The translations under genes and the position numbers were made by a program. A stretch of 64,000 nucleotides of DNA from the human T2T-CHM13v2.0 reference genome, Homo sapiens: NCBI RefSeq assembly GCF_009914755.1, contig NC_060926.1, one strand, 5' to 3'. Below, in pieces: positions 58,433-64,000 of this stretch (within the stretch, counting starts at the first letter, position 1; every line of letters starts with the position of its first letter). Below the pieces are notes generated by a model that was not told the origin of the DNA, ran no database searches, and worked only from the letters and a program-made list of their open reading frames with translations.

Positions 58433-61400
58433 CTACAGATGACGACAATCAGAGGAGTGAAAACTGCAGCAATCCTTTTCCCCACTGTCTTATTTTTGTC
58501 TATTTCCCTTACAACTCATATTAGCATACATCACTGGCATAAAATCCATAGAAAGAAGACTGCCCTTACTAGACCTATATGGTAAGTAGTCAGAGACTGA
58601 GTAGCTGCATGGCCTAAAAAGAAGAAACATCAGGCCGGGCACAGTGGCTCACGCCTGTAATCCCAGCACTTTGGGAGGCTGAGGCAGGCAGTATCACTTG
58701 AGGTCAGGAGTTCGAGACTAGCATGGCCAACAAAGCAAAACCCAATCTCTACTAAAAATACAGAAATTAGCTGGGCATGGTGGCACATGCCTGTAATCCC
58801 AGCTACTTGGGAGGCTAAGGCAGGAGAATCACTTGAACCCCGGAAGTAAACGTTGCAGAGAGCTAAGACTGCCACTGCACTTCAGCCTAGGCGACAGCTG
58901 AGACTGTGCCACTGCACTCCATTTCAAAAAAAAAAAAAAAAAAGAAAGAACAGCAGCAATAATCATCATCACCAAACACAAACCCCAAAGAACTTCCGTA
59001 TAGGGCTCATTTCTGAGTTTATTATGTCAGAGAAGAATACCAATTACATGTGAATAATGACCATACCTCTAATTATGGTAGGAAAATAGGTCTGAAAAGT
59101 CCCTTGAGGGTATAACTTCTTTGTAGTTAAACCAGGTCCCACCACATCTGGGCCACTGTGCTTCAGAGAAAGCCTATGCTAAGATGAATGGGCCTGATTT
59201 AAGTTAAGCAAAAATGTTTTAATTTTATTCTTAAATTTCAAATTAAGCCAAGTACTTTTGATTTATCTTTGCAGGTATTTGTGAAAATGATATGCTAAAT
59301 TTTGTTTAAGAGAAATATACAACTCCCCCTGGGGCTATTTGAAACAACGAAGTGCTGGGGAGGGAAAGAAGGAAAAACAGAAAAGAATATATGGATGACT
59401 CCCACTGTGATTAAGAAAAACTGAGAACCACAGAAAAGGAAGAACACAGACATCGAGGGAATCAAAAGGAGTCCAAAGCCTAGGGTTACATTTCTGACAT
59501 ATAACTGAGCATTTTTCTATAGTATACTAATTTTGCACTGTCAAAAGATAACTGAACCACAGCACCAATAAGTTATGTCAACAACTTGTCAAACATGACA
59601 CTTTGCAAAATGTTTGTTTCATGTGTCCCATTATTGAATTTTATTACACTAAACACATTAATAAAAATGATAGCTTAATGCTAAGCATAATCTAAAACAC
59701 CAAATTCCATTATTAAATCAACAAACATTTACTAAGTATCTGCTGGTAAGCACTATAGGAAACACAGTGATATATATAACAAATTTCCTACTTGAAAAGA
59801 AAAAACAATCAGGCAAGTTAGGAAAGTAGAGAATTTTATTCCTAGATCAATTTTCATTTTTTTAAACCCACTTTTAATTTTGATGGTAATAATAATGGAC
59901 ATTTATAAACACCTTATGCAACATAATGAATTCTTCAAGTTGTTTTTAGTCCTACTAACAATGTTTTCTTTTTTATGGATGAGGCAACTGAAGTCAAGAT
60001 ATTAAGTAACTTGCCCAAATTTAAAACACCTAATAAGTGGCAGGGCATGGTTCTGAACTGAATGCAAGTCATTCTAAAGCCCTTGCTCCTTCCTTCAGAC
60101 TTCTAGAGATGGAAATGTTTGCTAATGATTTTTTAAAGTAACTAAGAGAGGAGTGAGCACTGGTACAGAAGAATATTTATCATGAGATTCAATTTTCTTG
60201 TACCTTATTACCTTTCAGTTATACAACTAAACTTTATTATGTGGAATTTTGTTTATAATGTATACTAAATACACAAAATATAAGACTTCAAGGTGAAGAA
60301 ATTTCAATACCAATGGTCCTTAACTGGACATCATGAGAAAAAAATAGAATAATAATGTTTATGGTACTTAATTCCTTAGAAGAAAACAGTTTCATAAACA
60401 ATGTACTATCAAATATATAATATATTATCAAATAACTATTAACAAATTTACAACTTTTATGACAAATAACACTGTGGTTTCTCAATTGCTACCCCACTCA
60501 ACGACTCCAAGATACATTCATAAAATTCACGATTCTTTATTGATGAGTTCAGGTAACTGCCCAATTTTGTAGAGGCACATGAGAATGGAAATATGATGCT
60601 GTGCTATTTTGCTTCCTTGCACTGCGCAAGAAAAGGTGCCTTGTGCTGCCCGAGTCTTCAGAAAGGTGCAACACAGATGATCCCATGTTCCTAAACTCTC
60701 TCACCTTTTTACCTTGCTTCCTACAGTCTTTGTAACCTTTCTAGCATACCCTCCCCATCTTGCAGAAGTAATCAAGTCTCAATCTTCAAGTTCCATGTAA
60801 AGCCCCTAGTATCTCAGAAGTGTTTATGGTTTTTCTCCCCCTAGTTTCCACTGTGTTCTTACTAAGATTTTAAAAATCCTAACATGCTATAATACTATAT
60901 GGACTTTTTCCCTGTAACTGATGTCCTCCCCTCAGAGAAACAGAAATTTCATGTCCATTTGCCTCACTCTTCTCAATTATGTATATAGCCTTTAACATAT
61001 AAGAAGTGGTGATTAAATTCAATTTATAATTCAAAAGTCTCTCTGCACACCACCATAAGATTCATTTTCCTAATATATAATACAATTCTTCTGTTCAAAA
61101 CCCTCTAATTGCTTTAAAGAGAACCTAAACCTAAACTCTTCACTTTAAAAAGATTCTCCAAAACTGACACAAAATTGTCTTTTCCAGCTTGCATATATAC
61201 TCTGTGCTTCAAACAGAACTACTTTCTATTTCCAGGACGTGACTTGACTCTCCTGCCTCTCTGCTTATGTTCAATTGATAGCTGCTTCCAGAAACCTCAC
61301 CGGCTCCTCATCTCAACAGGCCAAAACTATACCTCTTCATAAGACCCAGCTTAGATGGCATCACCTCAATAAAGCCTGCCATGATAACTTCAGCTAACAT

Positions 61401-62050
61401 CTGAGTTTCTCTCTAAAATCCTCTTATTATACAAACCACATTATTAGTTATCTATAAACATGTCTTTTCGAACACAGCAGGAGTTTCCTAAAAGCAGGTG
61501 CCACACATGTAATTCTCCATATTTTCAGTGTCCAACTCAATGGCATACATCCAAAAACATTCATAAATATTGGTCAAATAAAACAATTTGAAGATATAAA
61601 TAAAATATTAATAATACAATCAATTATAGTAGTTTTACATACTTTATAAAATACATTATCAAAAAAATGCATTATCAATATCTACCCCTGTACTCAACCT
61701 AATTAGTTCAAACAAGTTACACTTATAGACATTTGAATTGTTTTTTCTTTTTTTGAGACAGGGTCTTGCTCTCTTGCCCAGGCTTGAGCACAGTGGCACA
61801 ATCATGGCTCACTGCATCCTCGATGTCCTCGGCTCCAGAGATCTTCCCATCTCAGTATCCTCAGTAGCTGGGACTACAGGCATATGCCACCATGCCCAGC
61901 TAATTTTTTATAGAGACGAGGTTTGGCCAAGCTGCCCAGGCTGGTCTCAAACTCCTGGGCTCAAGTGATCCTCCCACCTTGGCCTCCTAAAGTGCTGGAA
62001 TTACAGGCATGAGTCACTACATCCGGCCTCAATTTATTTATTATTTTTAA

Positions 62051-62284
<234 letters not shown>

Positions 62285-62432
62285 TGATATGCCTGCCTTG
62301 GCCTCCCAAAAATGCTGGGATTACAGGCATGAGCCACTGCGCCTGGCCAATTTATTTTTCTCTAAACATTCCTTAAGTATTATTTCAGAGGACCTTAAAA
62401 AATACTTAAAATTTCCCAAACTGTCATCTTCA

Positions 62433-62618
<186 letters not shown>

Positions 62619-64000
62619 CTAAAAGGAAAATAAAGTGCACTGGTCATTTCAATTCTTTTGGTTGTAACTGTTGTTTTTTTTTTTTTAAGGCACCTATATC
62701 TGTATAATATTTTTAAAAGTCTTAATATTAATTTCTCCACATTTTAATTTAACCAAAACCTTTGTGTAAAGAGACCACATATTAAACTGACCAATCCACT
62801 AACTATAAGAAGTATTTTGTGCCCATACATCAATGTACCTTTCAGTATACTGTACTACTAAATTTACTAGATTATTAGTCCTTTAGCCAATGTACTACAT
62901 TTATATTTGAGAAGAATTTTCCTTTCTATTCTTATCAACTCTATCTTCCATTTCAAAAACTTTCCATTGAAATAAAATAATTTTGCATAATATTGCTGGG
63001 AATAAACTTAAAATCTCAACTGAGACTATGATTTAAGCAAATTATATACCACTCTTACTGAAAAATGTGTGTTGATACAGAATTTTCTAAGAGTCATGCT
63101 GTTGGGCAAAGCAACTCTGTTTTTCAACCACTGCTAATCAGTTTCTGACAGTCAAAAATTCTGTACATATTTTGGAATCAGAAGAATCCTATGTAAATCA
63201 TTTGTTACTTAAATCTGTGAAAAACATGTTTCTTTGGAGGAAAATGTATGCATTTGTAAGTGTTCTGTGGAATCAGTTTTCATTGTATTGATGTCATTGT
63301 CTCTAAGTGCTCAGTGTCTTCACTGCAATATGAAATTTATTAAAGCATCCACATTCCATTTTAAAAAAACTTATATACCACTCAGTAGAAGAAGGGATTT
63401 TGCAATACATATTTGTGCATCCAAAATTCTAGCTAATATTTAAAATACATACAAGTGAGGCAAACTATTTTAAAACTGACTTAAATTTTTCTTATTGTAT
63501 TTATGTGAAAGATTTTATAAAGGAGAAAAGTATCCAGAAATAGCTTTTTCAGTGTTCAATTGGCTAATTTTTCATACGATATCACACAATATGACTTATG
63601 AGGAACTTCATGACCTAGAAAACTGAAGAAAATGAGCAGTTAAAATAAACTTTCCCACTTTTCCCTAAATATGTACTGCCAATTTAGAATGGGTTTGCTG
63701 GAGTAACCGTAGGCTGCAGAAAACTGGCTATGACTTTAAAATTCATATAAAATATTGACAAGAAACTATAAAGTAATTTTTAAAGTTTAATACTAACTCT
63801 TTAAAAAAAAAGAATAATAGTTCAGTAATTTCATGTACTTTCCTCTATTCTAAATGATTAAAATAATGCATATACATTTGGAAATCTGTTTGAATATAGT
63901 TACATACATCTGTAATAATCTAACACTCTACAATAAAAAGTCACTGTCATGATTATAAAAAGTTAACAAATCCATGTCAATTATACAGTTAACATATTTA

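Overview
Primate genomic DNA, almost certainly human chr2q33.1; the locus is recognised from protein sequence, not from a search. Two genes lie in tandem on the minus strand. (1) ORC2 5' end: CpG-island promoter at ~8.7-9.35 kb, non-coding exons 1 and 2, and coding exons 3 and 4; the rest lies left of the window. (2) HYCC2/FAM126B 3' part: eight constitutive coding exons plus one 168-nt cassette exon from 62618 to the stop at 26716, then a ~7.4-kb 3'UTR ending near 19.2-19.3 kb. I checked coding exon boundaries by hand for AG/GT and frame continuity. The rest is very Alu-rich (roughly 55 copies or fragments), with L1, L2, MIR, MaLR LTRs, an ERVL remnant, MER47A and MADE1. Most ORFs in the supplied track are Alu-derived or chance ORFs. 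I see no new multi-gene system. The best leads are post-transcriptional: a spliced ORC2 uORF whose stop overlaps the ORC2 start codon (AUGA); a TSD-flanked solo poly(A) insertion that adds AATAAA signals just upstream of an inverted-Alu pair in the HYCC2 3'UTR; candidate poison exons and an alternative C-terminus in HYCC2; and matching 11-bp hairpins ~130 nt upstream of two competing acceptors. Repeat boundaries and subfamily names are approximate by-eye calls.
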